Assembly: GCA_035275385.1 (NCBI GenBank)
Contig: DATEMW010000133.1
Span: 1 to 34,358, forward strand
DNA length: 34,358 nt
Reading direction: 5' to 3'
Source of the DNA: Candidatus Methylomirabilota bacterium
GTDB lineage: Bacteria; Methylomirabilota; Methylomirabilia; Rokubacteriales; CSP1-6
A program made the translations under genes and the position numbers. Positions 18,357 through 27,778 of this stretch are shown here, piece by piece. Under the pieces are notes generated by a model. That model worked only from the letters and a program-made list of their open reading frames with translations. It did not search any database and was not told where the DNA came from. Within the stretch, counting starts at the first letter, position 1, and every line of letters begins with the position of its first letter.

Positions 18357-19982
18357 ATGACCCGAGTCCGCTTCCGTACGTCAACGCTTCGAGCGCTGAT
18401 CGCCGGCGTGGCCGGCGTGATGTCGATGCTCTTCACTACCGCCGGCGGGGAGGCTCAAGACAAGCCCCGCTACGGCGGCGAGCTCGTGTTCGTGGTCCCG
18501 ACCGAACCCGCCTCGTACGATGCCCACCGCGAGGGGACGTTCGCGCTGGTGCACCCGCTGGCCCCGGTCTACAGCACCTTGCTTCGGTTCGATCCAACCG
18601 ACCGCACCGGCACCAAGGTGATCGGCGACCTCGCGGAGTCGTGGACGGTCGCCAAGGACGGCCGGACGTACACGTTCAAGATCCGTCGGGGAGTGAAGTT
18701 CCACGACGGGAGCGATCTGACGTCGAAGGACGTGAAGGCCTCGTACGACAAGATCGTGAACCCGCCGGCCGACGTCGTCTCGTTCCGCAAGGGGCAATAC
18801 ACGGCGGTCGAGGCGATCGAGGCGCCCGACCCGAGCACCGTGATCTTTCGGCTCAAGTGGCCGGCGGCCTCGATGATCACGGCGCTCGCGTCGCCCTTCA
18901 ACTGGATCTACAAGGCCGATATTCTGGCCAAGGACATGCACTGGTACGAGACCCACGTGATGGGCAGCGGACCCTTCGTGTTCGTCGAGCACGTCAAGGG
19001 CGCGTACTGGGCCGGCAAGAAGAACCCGAGCTACTGGGACAAGGGCAAGCCGTACCTCGATAGCTACCGGGCGCTCGTCGTCAAGGACGGAAACGCCCAG
19101 GTGGCGGCGGTCCGCGCCGAGCGGGCCCACATCCAGTTCCGAGGCTTCACCCCGGCCGAGCGCGACAGCATCGTCCAGGCGCTCGGTCCGAAGGCGACGG
19201 TGCAGGAAAGCCCGTGGGACTGTGTGCTGCTGGTCGGCATGAACCACGAGAAGAAGCCGTGGGACGACAAGCGCGCACGCAAGGCGCTCACTCTGGCCCT
19301 CGATCGCTACCAGGGCTCGCAGGCGCTCTCGAAGATCGCGGTCGTCAAGAGCGTCGGCGGCGTGCAGGTGCCGGGCACGCCGTTCGCGACCCCGCCGGAA
19401 GAGCTCGAGAAGCTGGCCGGGTATTCGCGCGACATCGCGAAGTCGCGCGCCGAGGCGCGCCGGCTCCTGAAGGAAGCCGGCGTCCCGGACAATTTCTCGT
19501 TCGGCTTGAAGAACCGCAACGTTCCGATGCCGTACGAGGCGGTGGCGATCTGGCTCGTCGACCAGTGGCGGCAAATCGGCCTGCAGGCGCGCCACGAGTT
19601 CATCGAATCGACGAAGTGGGAAGCCGATCTGCGCGAGGGCAACTACGAGGTTGCCGTCGACACCCAGTGCAGCTACGCGGTCGATCCCGACCTGGACCTG
19701 TACAAGTTCCAGTCGATGGGCATCAGCGGCAACAACTACGGCCGCTACGTCGACAAAGTGCTGGACGATCTCTACCAGAAGCAGAGCCGCGCTCTCGATG
19801 CCGAGGAGCGGAAGAAATGGGTCCGCGACTTCGAGCGGCGGCTCGTGGACGAGGAGGCTCACTACTTCTACACACTCCAGTGGCACCGGATCATTCCGCA
19901 CAGCGTCAAGCTGCGCGGCTGGACCGTCACGCCGAGCCACTATCTGAACAACCAGCTCGACACCGTGTGGCTCAGCGAATAG
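18357..19982 (+). CDS. ABC transporter substrate-binding protein, family 5 (paralog 2)
   Basis: Same signature; colinear and highly similar to paralog 1. Confidence 0.93.
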   Translation: MTRVRFRTSTLRALIAGVAGVMSMLFTTAGGEAQDKPRYGGELVFVVPTEPASYDAHREGTFALVHPLAPVYSTLLRFDPTDRTGTKVIGDLAESWTVAKDGRTYTFKIRRGVKFHDGSDLTSKDVKASYDKIVNPPADVVSFRKGQYTAVEAIEAPDPSTVIFRLKWPAASMITALASPFNWIYKADILAKDMHWYETHVMGSGPFVFVEHVKGAYWAGKKNPSYWDKGKPYLDSYRALVVKDGNAQVAAVRAERAHIQFRGFTPAERDSIVQALGPKATVQESPWDCVLLVGMNHEKKPWDDKRARKALTLALDRYQGSQALSKIAVVKSVGGVQVPGTPFATPPEELEKLAGYSRDIAKSRAEARRLLKEAGVPDNFSFGLKNRNVPMPYEAVAIWLVDQWRQIGLQARHEFIESTKWEADLREGNYEVAVDTQCSYAVDPDLDLYKFQSMGISGNNYGRYVDKVLDDLYQKQSRALDAEERKKWVRDFERRLVDEEAHYFYTLQWHRIIPHSVKLRGWTVTPSHYLNNQLDTVWLSE

Positions 19983-19995
19983 CGAGCGCTTCGGC

Positions 19996-20949
19996 GTGAC
20001 CCGGTACATCGTCAAGCGCTTGCTCTTGATGATCCCGACGCTGCTGAGCGTCGCGGTGATCATCTTTTTCCTGATGCGGATCGTCCCCGGCGACATCGTC
20101 GAGCTCAGGTTCGCCGGTGAGAGCGCCTACGCGCAGAAGGAGAACCTCGACAAGGAGCGGGCGCGGCTCGGCCTGGACAAGCCTATCTGGACTCAGTTCG
20201 TGACCTGGATGGGCGGACTCTTGCGGCTCGATTTCGGGACGTCGATGTGGACGGGGGCGCCGATCAGCGAGGAGATCCGGCTGCGCTTCGCGCTCTCGCT
20301 CCAGCTGGCCATCATGGCCACGATCGTGGCCATTCTGCTGGCGATCCCGCTCGGCGTCATCGCGGCGCTCCGGCAGGACACGTGGGTCGACTACGCCGTA
20401 CGTATCATGTCGATCGCGGGCCTGGCGACGCCCTCGTTCTGGCTCGGTATCGTGTTCATCCTGGGGCTCCTGATCATCTTCAAGTGGCTGCCGCCGATGG
20501 TCTACACGCCGTTCTGGGTCAACCCCGTCCAGAACCTCGCGCAGCTCATCTGGCCCGCGCTCGCGGTGGGCTACCGCTACTCGGCCGTGGCCACGCGCAT
20601 GACGCGCTCGGCGATGCTCGAGGTGTTGCGCGAGGACTACATCCGGACTGCGCGCGCGAAGGGGCTCTGGGAGAAGCTGATCCTGTCGCGGCACGCCCTC
20701 AAGAACGCGATGCTCCCGGTGCTCACCGTGATCGCGCTCGAGTTCGCGTTTCTCATCGGCGGGCTCGTCGTCACCGAGCAGGTGTTCAACCTGAACGGGC
20801 TCGGCCTCTTGTTCGTGGAAGCGATCGGCCACCGCGACTACACGCTGACGCAGGCGCTCGTCATGCTGGTCGCGTTCGTGTTCATCTTCGTCAACTTCCT
20901 GGTCGACCTGGCCTACGCCTGGCTCGACCCGAGAATCAGGTTCCGCTGA
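19996..20949 (+). CDS. Peptide ABC transporter permease (OppB/DppB-like)
   Basis: YIVKRLL..IPTL, PGD, GLDKP and MLEVLREDYIRTARAKG motifs. Confidence 0.95.
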   Translation: MTRYIVKRLLLMIPTLLSVAVIIFFLMRIVPGDIVELRFAGESAYAQKENLDKERARLGLDKPIWTQFVTWMGGLLRLDFGTSMWTGAPISEEIRLRFALSLQLAIMATIVAILLAIPLGVIAALRQDTWVDYAVRIMSIAGLATPSFWLGIVFILGLLIIFKWLPPMVYTPFWVNPVQNLAQLIWPALAVGYRYSAVATRMTRSAMLEVLREDYIRTARAKGLWEKLILSRHALKNAMLPVLTVIALEFAFLIGGLVVTEQVFNLNGLGLLFVEAIGHRDYTLTQALVMLVAFVFIFVNFLVDLAYAWLDPRIRFR

Positions 20950-21851
20950 TGGCCGTCGGTAGACCGGTCGAAGCGGTTGCCGAGATTCCCGAAGTCGCCG
21001 GGCGACGCCGGTGGCTCGCGGTCGTCAGCGAATTCTGCCGCAAGCGGCCGCTTGGTGCGGTCGGCGCCGCGGTCGTCCTGATCAACGTCGTGGTCGGCCT
21101 CGGCGCCAACGTGATCGCGCCGTACGACCCGGTGGCCACTGACTACGGCGCGATGCTCGCGCCGCCGTCGGCGTCGCACTGGCTCGGCACCGACGCCTTC
21201 GGGCGCGACGTGCTCTCGCGCATCATCTACGGCTCGCGGACGGCGATGCTGGTGGGGTTCGCGTGCGCCTTTCTCGGGGCGACCGTCGGCGCGGTGATCG
21301 GCGTGGCGAGCGCGTACTTCGCCGGCAAGGTCGATCTGATCTTGCAGCGGGTGATGGACATCTTCCTCGCTTTTCCGCTGATCATCCTGGCCCTCGCCGT
21401 CGTGTCGATCCTCGGCACCGGGATCGGCAACGTGATCATCGCGATCGCGATCCCGATGATCCCGCGCGCCGCGCTCGTGACACGCTCGAGCGCGCTCGCG
21501 ATCCGCGAGATGCCGTACGTCGACGCCGCGCGGGCGGCCGGGTTCCGCCATCGCCGGATCATCCTGCGTCACATGCTGCCGAACGTCATGGCGCCGTACC
21601 TGATCATGCTCACGGCCTACCTCGGGCAGGCGATCCTGGCGGAAGCGTCGCTCACGTTTCTCGGACTCGGCGTCTCGGAGCCCACGCCCGCGTGGGGGCT
21701 GATGCTGCGCGGCGCGGCCGTGCAGTTCGCGGAGACGGCGCCGTGGATGGCGATCTTTCCGGGGCTCGCCATCAGCCTGGCCGTCTTTGCGTTCAACCTG
21801 TTCGGCGACTCGTTGCGCGACGCGCTAGATCCTCGCCTTCGGGCCCAATGA
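20949..21851 (+). CDS. Peptide ABC transporter permease (OppC/DppC-like)
   Basis: Start moved to ATG 20949 (TGATG overlap); HWLGTDAFGRDVLSR, YVDAARAAG and GDSLRDALDP. Confidence 0.95.
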   Translation: MAVGRPVEAVAEIPEVAGRRRWLAVVSEFCRKRPLGAVGAAVVLINVVVGLGANVIAPYDPVATDYGAMLAPPSASHWLGTDAFGRDVLSRIIYGSRTAMLVGFACAFLGATVGAVIGVASAYFAGKVDLILQRVMDIFLAFPLIILALAVVSILGTGIGNVIIAIAIPMIPRAALVTRSSALAIREMPYVDAARAAGFRHRRIILRHMLPNVMAPYLIMLTAYLGQAILAEASLTFLGLGVSEPTPAWGLMLRGAAVQFAETAPWMAIFPGLAISLAVFAFNLFGDSLRDALDPRLRAQ

Positions 21852-21895
21852 GGCGGCGGCCGAGGCGCGCCGGGTGTCTCCAACTAAGCGGAATC

Positions 21896-21924
21896 TTGAC
21901 ACAATGTGCGGATTCGGGTACAAA
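21896..21924 (+). promoter_or_regulatory. Putative sigma70 promoter for ferredoxin
   Basis: TTGACA-N17-TACAAA in a lower-GC intergenic stretch; RBS GGGAGG before ATG 21989. Confidence 0.5.
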
Positions 21925-21988
21925 AGCCGTTGGCTTTGAGAATTGCGCGAACGTACCGCGACCTAGCGCTCGATAGCGGGAGGATCTG

Positions 21989-22255
21989 ATGCCGTACATC
22001 ATCGCTGAACCGTGCATCAACGTGAAAGACAAGGCCTGTGTCGAGGTCTGTCCGGTGGATTGCATCTATGAAGGCGAGACGATGCTCTACATCCATCCGG
22101 ACGAGTGCATCGACTGCGGGGCTTGTGAGCCGGTGTGCCCGGTGAAGGCGATCTTCGCCGAAGACGAGACGCCCGACCAGTGGAAGAACTTCATCGAGCT
22201 GAACAAGAAGTTCTTCAAGGACAACCCGGGAGTCAAGCCGGCCACGAAGGCCTAG
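21989..22255 (+). CDS. fdxA: 7Fe ([3Fe-4S]/[4Fe-4S]) ferredoxin
   Basis: [21 protein letters not shown]...[18 protein letters not shown] pattern. Confidence 0.93.
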   Translation: MPYIIAEPCINVKDKACVEVCPVDCIYEGETMLYIHPDECIDCGACEPVCPVKAIFAEDETPDQWKNFIELNKKFFKDNPGVKPATKA

Positions 22256-22280
22256 CTGCACACGCTCAACGGCAGCACGC

Positions 22281-22327
22281 CAGGCCCGCTGGGCATTCCT
22301 CGGGGTGCCGCGGGCCTGATTCGTTTG
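22281..22327 (+). terminator. Probable intrinsic terminator after ferredoxin
   Basis: Outer stem CAGGCCCGC (22281-22289)/GCGGGCCTG (22310-22318), inner stem GGCATTCC/GGGGTGCC, followed by ATTCGTTTG. Confidence 0.6.
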
Positions 22328-22347
22328 CAAAACTGCTGGTTCGCCGC

Positions 22348-22363
22348 TGGCACGCCCGTTGCC
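22348..22363 (+). promoter_or_regulatory. Putative sigma54 (-24/-12) promoter
   Basis: TGGCACGCCCGTTGCC, a near-perfect TGGCACR-N4-TTGCW; the predicted start site is a few nt before ATG 22377. Confidence 0.7.
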
Positions 22364-22376
22364 GATCTCGTCGGCC

Positions 22377-22610
22377 ATGAACTCACTACCCGGATCGATC
22401 CCGACTCCCGCATCGACGATCGGCTATCACGGCGCGGTGTGCGACTTCAAACGCCGGCTGATCGAGGCCACCCTGCATCAGGCCCGCGGCAACCGCACGC
22501 ACGCGGCGCGCGCGCTCGGGCTGCAGCGGACGTACTTGCTCCGGCTCATCCGCGATCTCGGCGTCGCCGCGCCTCCGCCGCCGCCGCGACGGAGGCGCTC
22601 GACCGCGTAG
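22377..22610 (+). CDS. Stand-alone Fis-type (HTH_8) DNA-binding protein, 77 aa
   Basis: 'FKRRLIEATLHQARGNRTHAARALGLQRTYLLRLIRDLG' matches the C-terminal HTH of NtrC-family activators and Fis; no AAA+ domain. Confidence 0.8.
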   Translation: MNSLPGSIPTPASTIGYHGAVCDFKRRLIEATLHQARGNRTHAARALGLQRTYLLRLIRDLGVAAPPPPPRRRRSTA

Positions 22611-22652
22611 AAGTTGACCTTTGGCGACCCGCCCGGCAATCTGTGGGCCGCC

Positions 22653-23777
22653 ATGCGTGACGTCTGGATCGCCGGCGCGGACATGACCCGCGTCGGACGA
22701 CTCGATCAGCCGCTGCAAGACTTGATGGCCGTCGCCGCGCACGCAGCACTCCGCGACGCCGACCGCGATCGCCCCGATGCGATCGTCGTCACGACCATGA
22801 ACCCCGAAGAGTTTCTCGGCGACGCCAACTTCGCCTCGAACGTCGCGACGCACATGGGGTTCGCGAACGTCCCGGTCATCCGGGTCGAGACGGCCTCGTC
22901 GTCCGGCGCGGCGGCGTTTTACGCGGGTTTCGCGCAGATCGCCGCGGGGCTCGCGCGCACGGTCGTCGTGGTCGGCGGCGAGAAGATGACGCACCTGCCC
23001 ACGCCGAAGGTCTCCGAGCTGATCGGCCGCTCGCTCGATCCGTACGAGCGCTCGTACGGCACCACGATGCCGGCGTTCGCCGCGCTCGTCACGCGCGCGC
23101 TGATGGCCAAGCGCGGCGTGACCGAGCGCGAGATCGCGCAGGTCGCCGTGAAGAACCACGCCCACGGCGCGCGCAACCCGCTGGCGCACTTCCGCGAAGA
23201 GATCACGCTCGACATGGTGCTCGGGAGCCGCATGGTCGCCGATCCGCTGCGCCTCTTTCATTGCTGTCCGATCTCCGACGGCGCGGCGGCGGTGGTGCTG
23301 ACGGCCGAGCGCAGCACCGTGCGGGTGGCCGGGATCGGGCAGGGGACCGACTCGCTCGGTCTCAGACATCGCGAGAGCCTCACCAGCTTCCGCGCGACCC
23401 AGGAGGCGGCGAGCGCGGCGTTCGCGATGGCGGGCTTCGGGCCGGAGCGCGTCGACGTCGCCGAGATCCACGATGCGTTCGCCCCGTTCGAGATCGTCTC
23501 GCTCGAAGACGTCGGCCTGTTTCCCGCGGGCAAGGCCGGGGCGGCCACGCTCGACGGCGAGACCGCGCTCGACGGACGCCTGCCCATCAACACCTCCGGC
23601 GGCCTCAAGGCGCGCGGCCACCCGTTGGCCGCCACCGGGCTGGCGCAGATCGTCGAGTGCGTGTGGCAGCTGACCTGGCGCGCGCCGCGACGCCAGGTGC
23701 GCTGCAGCGTCGCCCTCGCGCAGTCGATCGGCGGCCCGGGCACGAACAACTGGGTCACGATCCTGGAAGCCGGATGA
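22653..23777 (+). CDS. SCP2/Ltp-type thiolase-fold protein lacking the nucleophilic Cys
   Basis: Start ATG 22653; GGEKM, VAVKNH, CCPISDGAAA, EIHDAF and SGGLKARGHP motifs; VETASSSG in place of VExACASG. Confidence 0.88.
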   Translation: MRDVWIAGADMTRVGRLDQPLQDLMAVAAHAALRDADRDRPDAIVVTTMNPEEFLGDANFASNVATHMGFANVPVIRVETASSSGAAAFYAGFAQIAAGLARTVVVVGGEKMTHLPTPKVSELIGRSLDPYERSYGTTMPAFAALVTRALMAKRGVTEREIAQVAVKNHAHGARNPLAHFREEITLDMVLGSRMVADPLRLFHCCPISDGAAAVVLTAERSTVRVAGIGQGTDSLGLRHRESLTSFRATQEAASAAFAMAGFGPERVDVAEIHDAFAPFEIVSLEDVGLFPAGKAGAATLDGETALDGRLPINTSGGLKARGHPLAATGLAQIVECVWQLTWRAPRRQVRCSVALAQSIGGPGTNNWVTILEAG

Positions 23778-23907
23778 CAGTGACACGGGTCAGCAATCGC
23801 CAGGCCGGGCCCGCAAATCGAAGCGCGAAAAATCCGCCCTGCGGAGCCACGCCGCACCTGTCTCAGGCCACCCTCGGACCAAGCCGGCCTCAAGGGCCCC
23901 GCTACAA

Positions 23908-24336
23908 ATGATCGAGCATCTTCCAGCCTCTCGCTGCCCGGAGTGCCGCCTGGTCGCGGCGCCGCCGATGCGCTGGTGTCCGCGCCATCCCATCGAGATG
24001 ACGCCGACCTCGGTGATGGGCGGCGGCGAGGTCGTCTCGTTCACGACCTTGCTGTCGCCGCCCGCCGGCTTCAAATCGCCGCTGCACATCGCGCTCGTCG
24101 ATCTGATCGGCGGCGCCCGCCTCGTCTGCCATGGCGACAAAACGGAGGGACTTCGGATCGGCTCCTGGGTCGCCATCGAGGCGGTCGGCAACGTCTACTA
24201 CTTCTCGCACCTCGGCACGCTCGAGCGCGCGCGGCTCTTCTGGCGCCGCGCCGGGCGCGCCGGCGAGCGCATGAGCGCGATCGCGCAGAGCCTCGCGAAG
24301 CGCGCGTGGAAAGGACGATCTCGTGGCGAAACCTAA
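23908..24336 (+). CDS. DUF35/ChsH2-type Zn-ribbon + OB-fold protein
   Basis: CPEC..PP...CPRH, then GEVVSFT..PPAGFKSP.HIALVDL..GARL; typical partner of thiolase-fold proteins. Confidence 0.8.
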   Translation: MIEHLPASRCPECRLVAAPPMRWCPRHPIEMTPTSVMGGGEVVSFTTLLSPPAGFKSPLHIALVDLIGGARLVCHGDKTEGLRIGSWVAIEAVGNVYYFSHLGTLERARLFWRRAGRAGERMSAIAQSLAKRAWKGRSRGET

Positions 24337-25519
24337 GGGACCGCTGGCCGGCGTTCGCGTGCTCGACCTCACCCGCGTTCTCGCCGGGCCGTTCTGCGCC
24401 ATGATGCTCGGGGACATGGGCGCCGAGGTGATCAAGGTCGAAGAGCCGGGCAAGGGCGACGACACGCGCAGCTGGCCTCCGTTCGTCGAGGGCGAGTCGA
24501 CGTATTTCATGTCGGTGAACCGGAGCAAGAAGAGCATCACCTTGAACCTCAAGGCGCCGGAGGGGCAGGAGATCCTGCGCAAGCTCGCCAAGAAGAGCGA
24601 CGTACTGCTCGAGAACTTTCGCCCCGGCACGATGGACAAGCTCGGCTTCGGCTACCGCGCGCTCTCCCGACTCAACCCGAAGCTCGTGTACTGCTCGGTG
24701 TCGGGTTTCGGCGAGTCGGGCCCCGAGGCCCATCGCGCCGGCTACGACCTCATCATCCAGGCCGAGTCCGGCGTGATGGATCTCACCGGGTTCGCCGACG
24801 GCCCGCCGGTGAAGGTCGGCAACTCGATCGGCGATCTGGCGGCCGGCATGTCCGCCGCACACGGCGTGGTGCTGGCGCTGCTCGCGCGTACGCGTACGCG
24901 CCGCGGTCAGAAGGTCGAGATCTCGATGCTGGACGTGATGGCTTCGTTGTTGACCTATCAGGCCGGCATCTACTTCGGGACGGGCGCGCGCCCGGCCCGC
25001 CGCGGCAACGCGCACCCCTCGATCGTTCCGTACGAGGTGTTCCGCGCCGCCGACGCCTTCGTGGTGCTCGGCGTCGCCAACAACTCGCTGTGGCTCAAGT
25101 GCTGCGCCGCGCTCGGGCACCCCGAGCTCGCGACCGACCCGCGCTTCGACGCCGAGGCCAAGCGCGTGCAGAATCGCGCGACACTCGTGCCGCTGCTGAA
25201 CGAGATCCTGGGCACGCGGCCGGCCGCAGACTGGGTCAAGCAGTTCGAGGGGGCCGGAATCCCCGCGGGACTCATCAAGTCGGTCGCGGAGGTGTGCGAG
25301 AGCGAGCATCTGAAGGCACGCGGCATGATCGTGACGCTGCCGCATCCGCGCGCCAAGAAGGTCACCGTCATGGGTGTCCCCGTGCGTCTGCACGCGACGC
25401 CCGGGGCGGCCGCGACGCCGCCGCCCGTCATCGGCCAGCACACGGCCACCGTGCTCCGCGATCTCGTCGGGCTCAAGAAGCCGGCGGTCGATCGCCTGCG
25501 CGCGCAGGGCGTCATCTGA
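24323..25519 (+). CDS. Family III CoA-transferase (CaiB/BaiF)
   Basis: PLAGVRVLDLTRVLAGP, GAEVIKVE, NRSKKSI, ENFRPG, GYDLIIQA and catalytic 'IGDLAAG'. Confidence 0.93.
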   Translation: MAKPKGPLAGVRVLDLTRVLAGPFCAMMLGDMGAEVIKVEEPGKGDDTRSWPPFVEGESTYFMSVNRSKKSITLNLKAPEGQEILRKLAKKSDVLLENFRPGTMDKLGFGYRALSRLNPKLVYCSVSGFGESGPEAHRAGYDLIIQAESGVMDLTGFADGPPVKVGNSIGDLAAGMSAAHGVVLALLARTRTRRGQKVEISMLDVMASLLTYQAGIYFGTGARPARRGNAHPSIVPYEVFRAADAFVVLGVANNSLWLKCCAALGHPELATDPRFDAEAKRVQNRATLVPLLNEILGTRPAADWVKQFEGAGIPAGLIKSVAEVCESEHLKARGMIVTLPHPRAKKVTVMGVPVRLHATPGAAATPPPVIGQHTATVLRDLVGLKKPAVDRLRAQGVI

Positions 25520-25529
25520 CGGAGCGCGC

Positions 25530-26132
25530 GTGACGACGGGCTCGCTCGCGGCGCTCTCGCCGGTCACACTCGACGGCCGCTACCTCACGCTCGAGCCTCT
25601 CGCCGAGCGACACGCGCGCGACCTCTTCGAGGTGATGCAGGACGAGGAGGTCTGCCGCTATCTCTCGTGGTCGCCGCCGAAGGCCCTCGACGAGACGCTG
25701 GAGCTGATCCGCCAGGCCGAAGAGCAGATGAACCGGCGCGAGTCGGTCGTGTTCGCGCAGATCTGGAAGGCGAGCGGCCGCGCGATCGGCTCGACGCGGC
25801 TGCTCGACGTGCGGCCCAACGACCGGCAGGTCGAGATCGGCGCGACCTTCTTGGGCCGCGAGTACTGGCGCACGCCGGCCAACACCGAGTCGAAATTCCT
25901 GTTCCTGCGCCACTGCTTCGAGACGCTCGGCTGCGTGCGCGTCGCGCTCAAGACCGACGGGCGCAACGTGCGCTCTCAGGCGGCCATCGAGCGTCTGGGG
26001 GCCGTGCGCGAGGGCACCCTGCGCAAGCACATGAACGTGCGCGGCTATCAGCGCGACACCGTGTACTTCTCGATCCTCGACACGGAATGGCCCGCGATCC
26101 GCGCCCGCCTCTCGGCGCGCCTCTACGGCTGA
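25530..26132 (+). CDS. GNAT N-acetyltransferase, RimJ/RimL-like (Acetyltransf_3)
   Basis: Start moved to GTG 25530 after GGAG; IGSTR, VEIGATF, NTESK, NVRSQAAIERLGA.REG and RDTVYFSIL..EW. Confidence 0.88.
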   Translation: MTTGSLAALSPVTLDGRYLTLEPLAERHARDLFEVMQDEEVCRYLSWSPPKALDETLELIRQAEEQMNRRESVVFAQIWKASGRAIGSTRLLDVRPNDRQVEIGATFLGREYWRTPANTESKFLFLRHCFETLGCVRVALKTDGRNVRSQAAIERLGAVREGTLRKHMNVRGYQRDTVYFSILDTEWPAIRARLSARLYG

Positions 26133-26197
26133 TCGATGAGCGCGGGCAGGGCCTTTGTTGACACCGCGCTGAGCCTTGGCGCATCATCGAGAAACCC

Positions 26198-27778
26198 ATG
26201 CGGCGACTGATCAAGATCTACGACACGACGTTGCGCGACGGCACCCAGGGCGAAGGGGTGTCGTTCTCGATGGAAGACAAGGTGCGTCTGGCCACGCGTC
26301 TGGACGCGCTCGGCATTCACTACATCGAGGGGGGATGGCCGGGCTCGAACCCCAAGGATCTGCGGTTTTTCCGCCGCATGCAGGACGTCACGTTCAAGCA
26401 CGCCAAGCTCGCCGCGTTCAGCATGACCCGCCGCGCCGGCGGCACCGCCGAGTCGGACGCGAACATGCAGGCCTTGCTCGACGCCGGCGCGCCGGTCGCG
26501 ACGATCGTCGGCAAGTCGTGGGACTTCCACGTCACCGAAGCGCTTGGCACGACGCTCGCCGAGAACCTCGCGATGATCGGCGACACGATCGCGTTCCTCC
26601 GGCCGCGCATGGACGAAGTGCTGTTCGACGCCGAGCACTTCTTCGACGGCTTCCGCGCCAACCGCGACTACGCGCTGGCCACCTTGCGCGCCGCCGAGGC
26701 GGCCGGCGCCCACTGGCTCATCCTGTGCGACACCAACGGCGGCACCTTGCCGAGCGAGCTGGTCGCGATGATCGCCGAGGTCAAGAAGCACCTCCGCACG
26801 CCGCTCGGTATCCACGTGCACAACGACGCCGAGTGCGCGGTCGCCAACTCGCTGGCCGCCGTCGCGGAAGGCGTCGGTCAGGTGCAGGGGACGCTCAACG
26901 GATTCGGCGAGCGCTGCGGCAACGCCAACCTCGTGTCGGTCATCCCGAGCCTGATCTTGAAGATGGGGCTCGACTGCATTCCCGAGCCGAACCTGCGCGA
27001 GCTCCGGGACGTGTCACGGTTCGCGTCCGAGCTGGCCAACCGCAAGCCGTGGTCGTCGCAGCCGTACGTGGGTGACTCGGCGTTCGCGCACAAGGGCGGC
27101 ATGCACGTCTCGGCCGTGCAGAAGCATCCGGAGACGTACGAGCACATCAATCCCGAGGCGGTCGGCAACCGGCGGCGCGTGCTGGTCTCGGAGCTCGCGG
27201 GCAAGTCGAACATCCTGTGGAAGGCGCGCGAGTACGGGATCAATCTCGATCACGACACGCCGGACTCTCGCCGGATCCTCGACCAGCTCAAGGAGCTCGA
27301 GGACCAGGGGTTCCAGTTCGAGGGCGCCGAGGCGTCGTTCGAGCTCCTCATGGAGCGCGCCCTCGGCCGCCATCGCCCGTTCTTCGCGCTCGAGGCCTAC
27401 CGGGTAATCGTCGAGGAGCAGAACGCGGACCAGGAGCCCGTCGCGGAGGCGACCGTCCGCGTGCGCGTGAAGGGCATGCTCGAGCACACCGCCGCCTCCG
27501 GGAACGGTCCGGTGGACGCGCTCGACCACGCGCTCCGCAAGGCGCTCGAAGAGTTCTATCCGAACCTCAAGACCATGAAGCTTCTGGACTACAAGGTCCG
27601 CATCCTCGACGAGTCGAAGGGTACGGCCGCGAAGACACGCGTCTTGATCACCTCCGGCGACGGCGACGAGACCTGGGGCACCGTCGGCGTGGCCGACAAC
27701 ATCATCGAAGCCTCATGGCAGGCCCTCGTCGACTCTGTCGAGTACAAGCTCCGCCGGGACGGGTCTGCCCGGTCCTGA
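26198..27778 (+). CDS. cimA: Citramalate synthase (LeuA family, CimA type)
   Basis: [65 protein letters not shown] and WGTVGV. Confidence 0.93.
   Translation: MRRLIKIYDTTLRDGTQGEGVSFSMEDKVRLATRLDALGIHYIEGGWPGSNPKDLRFFRRMQDVTFKHAKLAAFSMTRRAGGTAESDANMQALLDAGAPVATIVGKSWDFHVTEALGTTLAENLAMIGDTIAFLRPRMDEVLFDAEHFFDGFRANRDYALATLRAAEAAGAHWLILCDTNGGTLPSELVAMIAEVKKHLRTPLGIHVHNDAECAVANSLAAVAEGVGQVQGTLNGFGERCGNANLVSVIPSLILKMGLDCIPEPNLRELRDVSRFASELANRKPWSSQPYVGDSAFAHKGGMHVSAVQKHPETYEHINPEAVGNRRRVLVSELAGKSNILWKAREYGINLDHDTPDSRRILDQLKELEDQGFQFEGAEASFELLMERALGRHRPFFALEAYRVIVEEQNADQEPVAEATVRVRVKGMLEHTAASGNGPVDALDHALRKALEEFYPNLKTMKLLDYKVRILDESKGTAAKTRVLITSGDGDETWGTVGVADNIIEASWQALVDSVEYKLRRDGSARS

Noticed and set aside
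9348-21851. Apparent long N-terminal extensions or fusions in track ORFs 9348, 9872, 11689, 12707, 15531 and 20247
   Set aside because: The extensions overlap upstream genes or a promoter region. Family homology begins at internal GTG/ATG starts, most of which abut or overlap the upstream stop.
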